Assembly: GCF_009914755.1 (NCBI RefSeq)
Contig: NC_060926.1
Length of the DNA: 64,000 nucleotides
Source: the human T2T-CHM13v2.0 reference genome, Homo sapiens
Direction: 5' to 3' (one strand)
The position numbers and the translations under genes were made by a program. Positions 12,241 to 23,196 of this stretch are shown piece after piece. Within the stretch, counting starts at the first letter, position 1. The number at the start of each line of letters is the position of its first letter. A model generated the notes under the pieces. That model did not search any database, was not told the DNA's origin, and worked only from the letters and a program-made list of their open reading frames with translations.

Positions 12241-12637
12241 TATATATATGCATCAAAAGCCTTTACATGGTTGGTATTAGGAATCCCAACAAGTATTTGC
12301 CTTGTTCTCTTTGATATAGCAAACCCGCGCTTAGAGCCGTACGTTTATCTTGGTGGAGCTTCGGTGGGATGGTGGATATTTTGATTCATGGTAAATTTGT
12401 GTACTCTTAACGCTATTTCATGTTGGGGCGTCAGTGGTCGGTACACTTGCCTGACTGTATTTATCTACCAAAACCTGTAAGTGTGTGTCTCTAGCTAAAC
12501 AAGTGTATATATTGGTATTCATATACAAAGGCGCTGCAGGACAGGAGGAGCCCAGCTTTGTGGACGGCCCAGCTGTGCAACCTGCCCCCAGATGTGAGCC
12601 TGCAGGCGGCAGATTCCGCTTAGATTATCTTGCTTAC

Positions 12638-12740
12638 CTAATGATGTTTGCTTCACTGCCTTGCTCGATTGTGTTCACCAGGACGGCAGGACGGCAGGCT
12701 ATTAAAATGTCAAGGCACATTGAATTGTTGTTATCCGGGA
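12638..12740 (-). ncRNA. Candidate first exon of putative minus-strand lncRNA (TSS position is a guess)
   Basis: Donor TAG|GTAAGC at 12638/12637; CCAAT (minus) 12801-12805 and GC box 12886-12894 lie upstream on the minus strand, next to CpG island 1. Confidence 0.3.
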
Positions 12741-12749
12741 GAGAGACCT

Positions 12750-13110
12750 TTCCAATCAACCTGTGTTGTGGGGGTTGCAAAAACTCCCTCCGAGAAAGCG
12801 ATTGGAGAGAGGCTTTATGGCTTTTTTACATAGATGGGGGTGAGCGGGGAGGTTGAGAGAGGGCACGGCGGGGGAGGGGGAGGAGGGGGCGGGGGGAGAG
12901 GTGGGGCAGGAGCCCGGGTTTATGGCAGCCGGAGTGTGCTAATTAAAATGCCATCTTCTCAAACAGGTATTGGTGGCTTCTTGCTTTTCCATTTATGGAT
13001 AACTGCAATATGGCCTTGCCGTTTGGTTTAAAAAAGGGAGAGGGGGAGGTGACTCACAGCGGGCAGTGGCAGTGGGAGCTGCAGTGCTGAGGATCTGGGT
13101 GGGGTATAAG
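12750..13110. promoter_or_regulatory. Promoter-like segment with CCAAT boxes, GC box, G-rich tract and TATA-like motif
   Basis: CCAAT 12752-12756, ATTGG 12801-12805, G-runs 12836-12906 incl. GGGGCGGGG 12886-12894, TATAAG 13105-13110. Confidence 0.5.
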
Positions 13111-13199
13111 GAGCGATTGTAAGGCAGAAACACCAAGGAGTTATATCCCTGATGTATTGGCAGGAAGGGCTAGAGAAAGAAACAAAAACAAAGACTTCC

Positions 13200-14190
13200 T
13201 TGGCCCTGCGCCTGTCCAGGCTCTGCTAAGAGCCACGTTCCCTGCATACAGACGTCGGCGGGCCTTTCTGGGTGACAGTGCTGAGCCGCGGCTGCAGTGT
13301 CACCAAGCGGCACCTCGGCCCCGGCCCCGCCCGCGCCAGCTGGGACAGTCTGGAGACCTTCTTTTCATGCCGTCAAGTCTCATTTTGCCAAGGATTTATT
13401 TTTCTTCGGGGAGAGAGGGAGAGCGGGGGCAAAGGATGTTCTCTTAAAGTATCCAGCGATCAGAGCCGCTGAAGCCTCCAACCAGAAACTCAAACTTCCC
13501 TGGATTGACTTTTCCCCCTTTGTTCACATCATCTCACAAATATTTGGCTTTCCCCGGCCACGTCTGTTCTATTTCTGCTCCGGAGAGATGGCTTTGTTTT
13601 TGCTTTCGTGCGGTTCTGCGAGGCGCTCCACGATCCCGCCCCCTGGCATGGCAGCACCTACCGGCGGCGCGAACTCGGCTGCTGTGGGCTGCTGCGCGCT
13701 CTCGCCTTTGTCAGTTTCATCAGCCGGCGTTTCAGCTGCGCGCGCGCATGCGCCTGCCCACCCCTCCGCCAGTTCCGGGCTTGCGACCCCGCCAGGCTCC
13801 GGCGCCCGTGGTTCTCAAGTTTCCCGCCCTTCTAGCCCGCGCTACACCCTTCCCAGCTCGCCACTTTATTTTCTCGTTGTTGGCGCAGCCCGTTCTTCCG
13901 GCCTAAACCAAATCTCATTTTCGTTCCTCGCCTCCTCCCTCCTTCTCGTGACTGGATTTTGGCAGAGTATCTCTGTGGGGCTACCCCAGATCCCTCAGCC
14001 TTGGATCCTTCCATGGGCCATGCTCCTGGAGTGTCACTGGCCAGCGAGACTTGCTTTGGTCTGTTTTCCCCATCTTTTATCTGAAGACTTCTACCCCCAC
14101 AGCCGCAGCACGCAGTCCGGCGCCGCTTGGGAAGCTTTGGACGGGATGCTCCCTCCTTCTGCTTCCCTAGTAGGGGTGAGGGCCGCATAT
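13200..14190. promoter_or_regulatory. CpG island 1 (orphan)
   Basis: Sharp rise in CpG and GC against a CpG-depleted background; NRF1 motif CGCGCATGCGC 13743-13753, ETS CTTCCGG 13895-13901. Confidence 0.9.
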
Positions 14191-15629
14191 TTGAGTTCCC
14201 AGGCCACTTTTCTCTCCCCTATAGCTTTAAAATGCTTCCTTGAAAGTGTCCGTTTACTTGTCTTGAATTAAATTGGTTTATTTATTTAATCAACACATAT
14301 TTATTGAGAATCTACTATATTTAAGTATTAACCTGTTGTTAAATGTTGGGGATATACTGGGAAGAAAAACAGACACCTCTCAGCCTCCCATGGCCTATAA
14401 GAGATTTTCTCTGGGTCGAGGACCATGCAGTATTTGTTTCTGTAACCTGGAACATATAGATGCTCAATAAATTTCAAATGGACGAAGGAAAGAAACAAAT
14501 TCTCTCCCTGCCCTGAGCCACCCCCCATTTTCTATGTGCTGTATCATAATGCCGAAACACAAGCTCACTGTGATAACGTTGGTAGATTTTTCTCAAATTC
14601 CTGTATTTTCATTTTCTCCCCCTCTCCTGCTGAAGGTCTTCAAAGCCACCAGGTGGCTTTGGTCCAGTTCTAGCACTCCATTTTATTAAGGCACAGATAG
14701 GACAGTGTCAAATATCAAGTGGTTAATTGGTGATGGAGCCCAGAACAGATTTGACCTTGGGCCTCCACAGTCCTAGTCCGTGGCTCCGTAAATGACACAT
14801 AGACTTGCATGTCCTTGTCTCCTGTGCCTGTCACATGTCCCCCAGCCAGAATGTCAAGAAAATGTTAAAGCAGGCTGGTACCTAGTTTCCATTAAATTCT
14901 CTTCTAGGTTCTTCCTGGACTCTCTCTGGCACTGCTTAAGAGGGAGATTAACTTAATGGATATTAAGACATGATTTCCTTTCTTAGCTTCCCCTTAGCCC
15001 CTACCCTTGCCCTCAATTAACTGTATGCAGCACAGTAGGCTCAGCTCTATCTTAATTGGATTTTCTGACAATCACCAGTAACTTGGAGCTGAGTGCTGTG
15101 CCCATCACCTGGGTCAGTTCATTTCCATGATTAGATTTATTTAATCAACATAACCCCCATGTACCTGGGCTGAGAGGGACAGATAGCTGCCCAAATGTTC
15201 CCTGGACATTGTGCTAATGGCAGACTTGATTTCATGCCAGCAACCTTAGCCTCAGCCAGAGCTGGCATTTGAAATCGTCACTGTGGTGGTGAGGCCATGG
15301 CTTCGGGGCTCCAGGGGGTGCTGCAGTGATCCAATAGCCTGACACAGGGGGAAGACGAAGAGGGGCATTGGAGGGACTGAGTCACCAGCAGCAAAGGACA
15401 GCTCTGCCTCTCCTGTGGTACACTGGGGGCAGCGTGGATTCCATCATATATCAGCTGGGTCTTTTGGCTTCCATCTAAGTTCCTTATCTGTAAAATGGGA
15501 ATAGTAATGATCACAAGATTGCTATAAGGACTCAATGAGATAAGGTCTATAAAGTGACCATCTCAATGCCTTGCGCAGAGTGTACCCCACCCCTATATTT
15601 CTCTGTCTGGTGTAAGTGCACACACGCAT

Positions 15630-15630
<1 letters not shown>

Positions 15631-15668
<38 letters not shown>
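15631..15668. repeat. (CA)19 microsatellite
   Basis: Perfect CA run; explains HTHTHT ORF artefacts. Confidence 0.97.
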
Positions 15669-15674
<6 letters not shown>

Positions 15675-17439
15675 AGCTTCTTCATACTGGCTGGGATCCT
15701 CTTCATTCTTTCACTTTCATCTCATCTTTTGCAATATTTCTTTATTCTCTTCTTCCTTTCCCTGCATTTCCTTTCCTCTTGCTCCCTCTCATTCCCTCTT
15801 TTCATTTGGCTGCATTTCCTTATCTTTCTGATGAAGATTTCTCCTCTGCGCCCTGCCCATAATGGGTCCTGTGATCTGGGCAGTTGCTCCTCTGTCTCTC
15901 CAGAAGCACTTGTCCTAGCTGGGTTATCCTGTCCTGCAGTCATTTACTTCCAAGTCTGTCCCATCATCAGACTCTGGGCCCCTCGAGGCAGGGACTGTGG
16001 CTTGGTCGGCTAGCAAATAGGGGAGACTTGGTAAGGTTGGTGGAAGGAGGCAAAGACTCTTTTTGTGATTCAAAGTCAGTCTTAAAAACTCCAAAGAAGC
16101 ACCTGGCCACCACTAGTTCCTATGCGGTTTATAAAAATTCGAGAGGCACCTCCTTCCTCCAGCCAGGGAGTCTGGCTAGCTGCATGGAGGATGGGCTGGG
16201 CTTTGGCCCTCATTTGCTCCCTTGGTTCAGGGCCTGTGCGTAGGGCGCACTCCATAGCTGTATGAGTTATGCTGTAGAGTAGCCAAGGATGCAGACATGG
16301 GCTGCCTGGGCACTGGCCACTTGCTCCTTGAAGTGGACCAGGCTTCTGCTTTTAAAGAAGTCCCTGCCATCAAGCTCCTCCTCAGTCATGTAGCTATTTC
16401 CCACTGAGCCTCAGTGGGATGTGGGTAGCTGCCACCCAGTGCGACATAGCTGCCTGCACCCCCATGGACATGCAGTCATTTGGCAGTGGTTGCTACCTTC
16501 AAGGCAGTAGAAGGGAAGAGTGCCTCCTTCCTCATTTGCCCTGAAGCTGCCCCCATAGAATGACTTTTCTGCTTTAGTATTTCCCTTGAGGTGACTGTGG
16601 AGAAAGGCAATCATCTGTCCAGCTTCTTTTATTAAGTGCCTACTACATCAGGTACTGTGCAAAAGTTCTTTGTTCCTCACAAATCTCCAGGAAGTAGGCA
16701 GAGTCTCCTCATTTCAGATATGGAAATCAAGGCTCAGAGGAAAAAAGTAAGAATGGAAGATTCTTTCCAGCACTCTGTTCTCCTCGTTTCCAGGGATGGC
16801 ACCCGACCTCTGGCGTCTCTGAAGATCCTCTTTGGTATCTGTCAGGCCTCAGCAGTTAGGTTGGAAGGGGCACCTCTGAGTTGGGTAAGAGATATGGTTT
16901 GAGAGACTGGCTGGGTTACGACTTTGTTTGGCCAAAGTTTGGGCCATATCAAAACCATATAGACACTGGCCTGCTAGAAAAGCGTCCCTTTTCTCCATGC
17001 CAAAGAACAGCCAAAAAAAGATAGATCAAAACATCAAGCTCCCGGGAGGCCACACACATTTGAAGTCGCTTCTGTTAATATAGCTTGTAAAAATATAAAA
17101 CACATTTGTCACTATTTTGGAAGCAAGGAGGCAGAAAAGGTCATATTTTCATCTCTTCAGGTTTCCAATAATAGAATGAACGTTTGGAGTATTTTTGTTT
17201 TGTTTTGTTTCCTGCTCTTTCAATGTGTCTCAATGCTCTCAAATTACTAGTATTTCCACGATTTCCTGAAATTTCAGTCTTTCACCCCCCACCAAGGGCT
17301 GGTGTTTACCACAGCCTCAAGCTGGGCTCTATCAGTTTGCTGGCAAGTGACTACTTAGAGAACTTTAAAAAATCCATTAGGAATGGCAGGCTTGTAGGGA
17401 TTGAGGAATGGGGGAGGTGAGCATACTCCACAGAAAACA

Positions 17440-17640
17440 CAGGATGGACCCAGGTTTGAAAGACTGTCCTGCCACTTATGAGGCAATTCTGAATCTCTCC
17501 CAGCCTCGGTTTTTCCATCTGTAAAATGGCCTGACTGTGAGTGCGTCACAGGGACACTTTGAGGAATGAATGATATCACACAGGTGAAGAGCATGGGGCA
17601 TTACTTGGACCATATTGGGCTTTCCCTAGATGTTGTTTAA
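17440..17640 (+). mobile_element. MIR SINE fragment
   Basis: GACCCAGGTTTGAA...CTGCCACTTAT...GCCTCGGTTTTTCCATCTGTAAAATGG. Confidence 0.65.
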
Positions 17641-18019
17641 CTTTCCTTTCCAGTTATTCTAGTCACATTGATCCTCTCTCTAGGGTGCTCCTATGTGACA
17701 CTTGCTTGACTTAGTTCCAGGAAATTACTAGTTCTATGCTTAATGACTAGATTTTCATTTACATGCATTTGTCTTAGACTCCCCACTTCAAGTGGGATTC
17801 CATCAAGGATTTAAATTGGCTTTGAATTTCCCCCATTGGGCTGGACATCCTGGGTATTGCCTCTGTCTTTGAAGTGTCTTTTTGAAGTGGCTGCAGATCA
17901 CAGGGAATGAAGGCTCTTTATTTGTATTTGATGCCATATGGCCACTAGATGCCCTTGTCTCTTAATTACATAGGACCACTGTAAACCTTTGACAAAAGGC
18001 AGTTTTGCTTGGTGGTTAC

Positions 18020-18240
18020 AAGCAGTGAAATCTGATCTCAGCCTAGCCTCTCTCACTAAATGTTTACTCATTGATGAGTTGCTCAACCTCTGAGACTCAA
18101 TATTTCCACTGGTACAATGGGGATAATGAAAATCATCTCCCAGGATTGTTTAGAGGAGACCACAGGATCAGAGATGCAAATAATTAGCCCAGGGTCTGGT
18201 ACAGAGCCGCTGCTCAGTCAACGATAGTTATTATTATTTG
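18020..18240 (+). mobile_element. MIR SINE fragment
   Basis: GAGTTGCTCAACCTCTGAGACTCAATATTTCCACTGGTACAATGGGGATAATG...TAGTTATTATTAT. Confidence 0.6.
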
Positions 18241-18273
18241 TGGTTGATATATTTATCCCTAATGTGCGAAAGG

Positions 18274-18326
<53 letters not shown>

Positions 18327-18370
18327 GTATCTATAATCTATCTAGCTATCTATCATCTACCTACCTACCT
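18274..18370. repeat. Compound tetranucleotide STR, (TCTA)13 plus interrupted units
   Basis: (TCTA)13 at 18274-18325, then TGTA TCTA TAA (TCTA)2 GCTA TCTA TCA TCTA (CCTA)2. Confidence 0.95.
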
Positions 18371-19244
18371 TGTTAAATATCACTAGCCATTTCCATTATA
18401 ATCCTCCTAAGAGACCATTTATGAAACAATGCCTCCAACAACTGAGCAAAAGTCGTGCTGCAGCCAAATCAAGGACCATTATCTCCCGTGCCAGTTGTAG
18501 ACCAAATTCATTTAATTTGCTAATTTCACCCTTAGAAGTTGTTTAATGCCAGCCAACATTTGGAATTTTTATCTGCACTTTGCAAAGCAAATGACATAGT
18601 AAAATACATTAATATAGGCAAATATCTAATTAGGCTTAAAAAGTTAGATTCTACATGTAACAAAGATTTGCACTCTTAAGAACAAAGTAGCTGTTGCTCC
18701 TTTAGAAATTTTATTAACTGTCTTCCCTCATTGTGTGAAGGAATACTTTAATGAGGTTCTCATCTGTTTATGAAATAAATATTTGTTGAGTCACAGAGGA
18801 TATGAAGACATGGTCCCTGTCCTCACAAAAGTCTCAGTCTAGTGGGGAGACCAACCTGGGTCAATACACCTGTGCTATGGGACAGGTATATAGAAGTGTT
18901 GTGGAGGCAGAGGGGAGGGCTTCTTATCACACTTGGAAGAAAAGGGAGGTCAGGGAAGGCTTTCTGGAGCAACAGAGATAACCCTGCAGTTTTACAGAGG
19001 AGGAAGAAACACACTGGGTATGTTGAGGGATAGTAAATGGTATTATGGGTGGGGGGCGGGTGAAGGAGGCAAAGCAGAAAAAGGCTGAGGTCCCAGACAA
19101 GTGGCTAGAGTCAGTCCAAGAAGTGTGGACAGGATCCCAGGAGGTGCAAGAGGGGAAGCGATGTGATCGATCTTGTGCGTTAGATTACTGGGAGGATGGA
19201 GGGTGGGCTTGGGAGTGCGGGGTTCTGCTGAAGCAGGAGATAGG

Positions 19245-19400
19245 GAATTGCTTTTCAAAATGTGGTCCAGGGACCGGGAACATCTGCATTACCTGGGAGC
19301 TTGTTAGAAATTCAGACCCTTTCTCCCCACCCTGGACCAACTGAATCAGAATCTGCATTTTAACAAGGTCCCCAGGTAATATATATCCAAACTGCACTGT
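19245..19400. mobile_element. MER5A/MER5A1 hAT-Charlie MITE
   Basis: TCAAAATGTGGTCC...CACCTGGGAGCTTGTTAGAAAT-like...ACTGAATCAGAATCTGCATTTTAACAAGGTCCCCAGGT. Confidence 0.8.
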
Positions 19401-20099
19401 AAGGCTCTTGAAAGGTTGGACTAAACCAGGATGGGCAGTGGCTTTGGAGACAGACAGAAGGGGAAGAGTTAGAGTCCTGTCTGAGCCTCTGGTTCCACTG
19501 AAAGTGGAAGGACCTAGCAGGGAGTAATGGAAGAATTTCTTGGCAAGTTCTCTCTAGAAGCTACTGTGTAAATGGGCATGTTGTGCCATCAGATCTGTAA
19601 ATTAGTTAGCTGTCCAGAGTTTATTAGGAAGTCCTAAAATGTACTAAAAGAGAATGTGACAGGTGAATTATTTATGCAGGGCTTTGCTCAGATAGAGTAC
19701 TAGGTAAACACCATTTGAAGTGAGTGGGATCTTCCTTAGCTTGTTCTACTAGCTTTAAGGGTATGTAATGTGCTTGGGGGTGGGGGATGGGGTGGGGCTA
19801 TGGATGGATAAAGGATATTGGACGAGTGGAATGTCTGGCAAGGCCATGGGGTTGGGGGAGCGGCAGTGGTGGTGGTAGGTGGTGACCTTTCTTTTAGAAT
19901 AGCTCCATTCATCCAGACATTCATATGTGGAGTATTATACCAGGCATTGGGAACATAGAGATGGGCTAGAACGAATATAAAATGTGCCACAGACTTAAGA
20001 TGTTTGAACAGCCACACACATAGACATGATGTGTGCAGCAGGGATAGGAGCTCAGCACCTACTCAAGCTTTGGTAGCAGTTAGTGCTCACACACATAGT

Positions 20100-20265
20100 T
20101 TCTGAGCCAAGGCACCCAGATTCCAAACTCTTCCTCCTGGGATACCTTGGGCAAGTCCCACAACCTCTTTATGCTTCAGCTTCCACGTTAGCAAAATGAG
20201 GATGATAATACTTCTCAGGGTAGTATCAGAATTAGATGAACATATGTATTTGAAATGTTCAGGAA
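20100..20265 (+). mobile_element. MIR SINE fragment
   Basis: ACCTTGGGCAAGTCCCACAACCTCTTTATGCTTCAGCTTCCACGTTAGCAAAATGAGGATGATAATA. Confidence 0.65.
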
Positions 20266-20814
20266 AGGTAGCAATCATCATCATATCATTATTATTGTTG
20301 TTGCTATTATTATATTATTAACTTTGTTTTTATTCTTGTGAGACATATAGAAGAAATACAAAGCATTCTCAGCTCTCAAGAAATCTCCTAGTTAGTTGGA
20401 GAGAGGACACACCCATTGGTATCACCATGCAACAGAAGCTAAATGTGGGGCGGGTAGGGGGCATCAGTTTGGAGGTGCTCTGAGGAAGGTACTGCCCATG
20501 GGCTGGGATACCCAGGAAAGGCTTCTCAGGAGAGCTGCTGTTGAGGTGGGAACATGAATGAGGGGCAAATGTGTCCTACAGTCATACTAGAAGGAGAGCA
20601 ATAGCAGGGGAACCCTGCAGATTGGAGGACGGAAGGATCTACAGCAGCCTTTTGGCCCAGGGCTTTCATTCTGCACATGGGGAGCAGGCCAGAGGGCCTC
20701 CTTCTTGCTCAAGGTCACACAACAGGTTAGAGGTTATGCTGGGGCAAGCACCCAGTCTGCTGGCTCCTGAGCTAGTGCTGTTTCCACCTCAGCAACAGTG
20801 TGTCTGCATAGAAA

Positions 20815-22505
20815 ACCATGCATATCCACATGCGAAAAATGACAACAGACCTTACACCCTTCACAAACATTAACTCAAAATGGATCACAGACTTAAACGT
20901 AAAACGCAAAGCTACAGTATTTTCAGAATGTGACATAGGAGAGAATCTAGATGACCTTGGATTTGATGATGACTTATTTTATTTTATTATTATTATTTTT
21001 TTAGATGGAGTCTTGCTGTGTTGCCTAGGCGGGAGTGCAGTGGTGCAGTCTCGGCTAACTGTTAACCTCCGTCTCTAGGTTCAAGCAATTCTCCTGCCTC
21101 AGCCTCCCTAGAAGCTGGGATTACAGGCATGTGCCACCATGCCCGGCTAATTTTTGTATTTTTAGTAGAGACGGGGTTTCACTATGTTGGCCAGACTCCT
21201 CTTGAACTCCTGACCTCAGGTGATCCTCCCGCCTCAGCCTCCCAAAGTGCTGGGATTACAGGCGTAAGCCACTGTGCCTGGCCCTGATTATGAGTTTTGA
21301 GATGCAACACCAAAGGCATGCTCCACGAAGGAAGTAATTGATAAGCTGGACCTTATTAAAATTAAAAAGTTATGCTCTGCAAGACACTGGCAATAGAATA
21401 AAAAGAGAAGCCACAGACTGGGAGAAAATATTTGGGAAAAAATATCTGATAAAGGACTGTTATCCAAAATATAGATAAAAACTTAAAACTCAACAGTAAG
21501 AACACAAACAACCAGATTAAAAAATGGGCCAAAAACCTTAACAGACTTCTCACCAAAGAAGATACACAGATGGCAAATAAGCATATGAAAAGATGCTCCA
21601 CATCGTATATCATCAGAGAAATGCAAATTAAAACAACGATGAGACACCATTATACTCCTATTAGAGTGATCCAAATCCAGAACACTGTCAACACCAAATG
21701 CTGGCAAGGAGAAGGAGCAACAGAAATTATTCTTCGTTGCTGGTGGGAATACAAAATGGTACGGCCACTTTGGAAAAGTTTGGTGGTTTCTCACAAACTA
21801 AACATACGCTTATCATATAATTCAGAAATCACACTCCTTGGTATTTACCCATAAGAACTGAAAACTTACACGCCCATGAAAACCTGCATGTGGATGTTTA
21901 TAGCAACTTAATTCCAATTGCCAAAACTTGGAAGCTACCAAGGTGTCCTTAATTAGGTGAAAGGATAAATTAACTGTAGTATATGTAGACAATGGACTAT
22001 TATTCAGCACTAAAAAGAAATGAGCTATAAAGCCATGAGAAGACATGGAGAAAATTCAAATGCATATTACTAAGTGAAAGAAGTCAATCTGAAAAGAAGC
22101 TATATATTGTGATTACAAATATATGACACTGTGGAAAAGGCAAAACTGTGAAGGCAGTAAAAAGATCCATGATTGTCAGGGGCTGGGGGTAGGGAGGGAT
22201 TAATAGGTGGACACAGAGGAGCTTTAGGGCAGGGAAAGGGGTCTGTATGGTAACGTAATTGTGGATGCATAACATCACATTTGTCCAAACCCATAGAATG
22301 TACAACACCAAGACTGAACCATAAACTATGAACTCTCGGGGGCCGGGATGTGTCAGTGTAAGTTCATCAATTGTAACTAATGGACCACTCGGTGGGGACA
22401 TATTGACTATGGGGAGGCTATGAATGTGGGAAGGCAGGGAGTGTCAATTTTTCTGTGACCCTACAACTATTCTAAAAAAATAAAGTCTGTTAAAAAAAAA
22501 AAAAA
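20815..22505 (+). mobile_element. 5'-truncated L1 (L1MC1-like): ORF2 C-terminus plus 3' UTR, interrupted by an Alu
   Basis: ORF 21570-21854 [12 protein letters not shown]...CWWEYK...LLGIYP is the L1 ORF2p C-terminal region; AATAAA and poly-A at about 22478-22505. Confidence 0.9.
20976..21283 (-). mobile_element. Alu SINE (AluSx-like) nested in L1
   Basis: Antisense dimer ending ...CCACTGTGCCTGGCC; imperfect TSD TGATGATGACTT / TGATTATGAGTT. Confidence 0.93.
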
Positions 22506-22816
22506 GTCCTTGCAGGAGCTCACTAGTTCTTGGGGGTGGTGATATTCTCAGGCCAACTGCAGCAAGGTAGATGGAGAGGAGCCTTAGGTTCTGAGTCTGG
22601 TGAGAGATCGAATCCAACCTCTCCACAAACAACTGGGGACCCCTTTAACCTAATTCTTTTAATGGCTCTTCTTGTCCCCTCCCTCTCTTTCTTTTTTCCC
22701 TCTTCAAATGTGTTCCAAGGCTCTACTGTATGCAAAGTCTCATGTTAAGTGTTGGAAACATAGACCTGAATGAGACTTAGTCTCTGTCCTCAAAAAGCAG
22801 AGTAGAAAATGTCTGT

Positions 22817-22887
22817 CCTTCCTTCCTTCCTTCCTTCCTTCCTTCCTTCCTTCCTTCCTTCCTTCCTTCCTTCCTTCCTTCCTTCCT
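22817..22887. repeat. (CCTT)n microsatellite
   Basis: About 17 CCTT units adjoining an Alu tail; explains RKEG-repeat ORFs. Confidence 0.95.
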
Positions 22888-22897
22888 CCCCTCCTTC

Positions 22898-23196
22898 GTT
22901 TTTTGTTTGTTTTGGTTGACAGAGTCTCACTCTGTTGTCCAGGCTGGAGTGCAGTGGCACGATCACAGCCCACTGCAGCCTTGAGCTCCTGGGTTCAGGT
23001 GATCTCCCACCCCAGCCTCCCAAGTAGCTGGGACTGCAAGCAAACACCACCATGCCTGGCTAAGTTTTGTATTTTTTGGAGAGACAAAGTTTTGCCATGT
23101 TGCCCAGGCTGGTTTTGAACTCTTGGGCTCAAGTGATCCACCCGCCTTGGCCTCTCAAAGTTCTAGAATTACAGGCAGAAGACATCGCTCCTGGCC
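22898..23196 (-). mobile_element. Alu SINE (AluJ-like)
   Basis: GATCACAGCCCACTGCAGCCTTGAGCTCCTGGG J-type features; ends CCTGGCC at 23196. Confidence 0.92.

Noticed and set aside
13297-14271. 324-aa ORF, the longest in the window
   Set aside because: GTG start, Ala/Pro/Ser-rich low complexity, no recognisable domain; long frames are expected in stop-poor CpG islands
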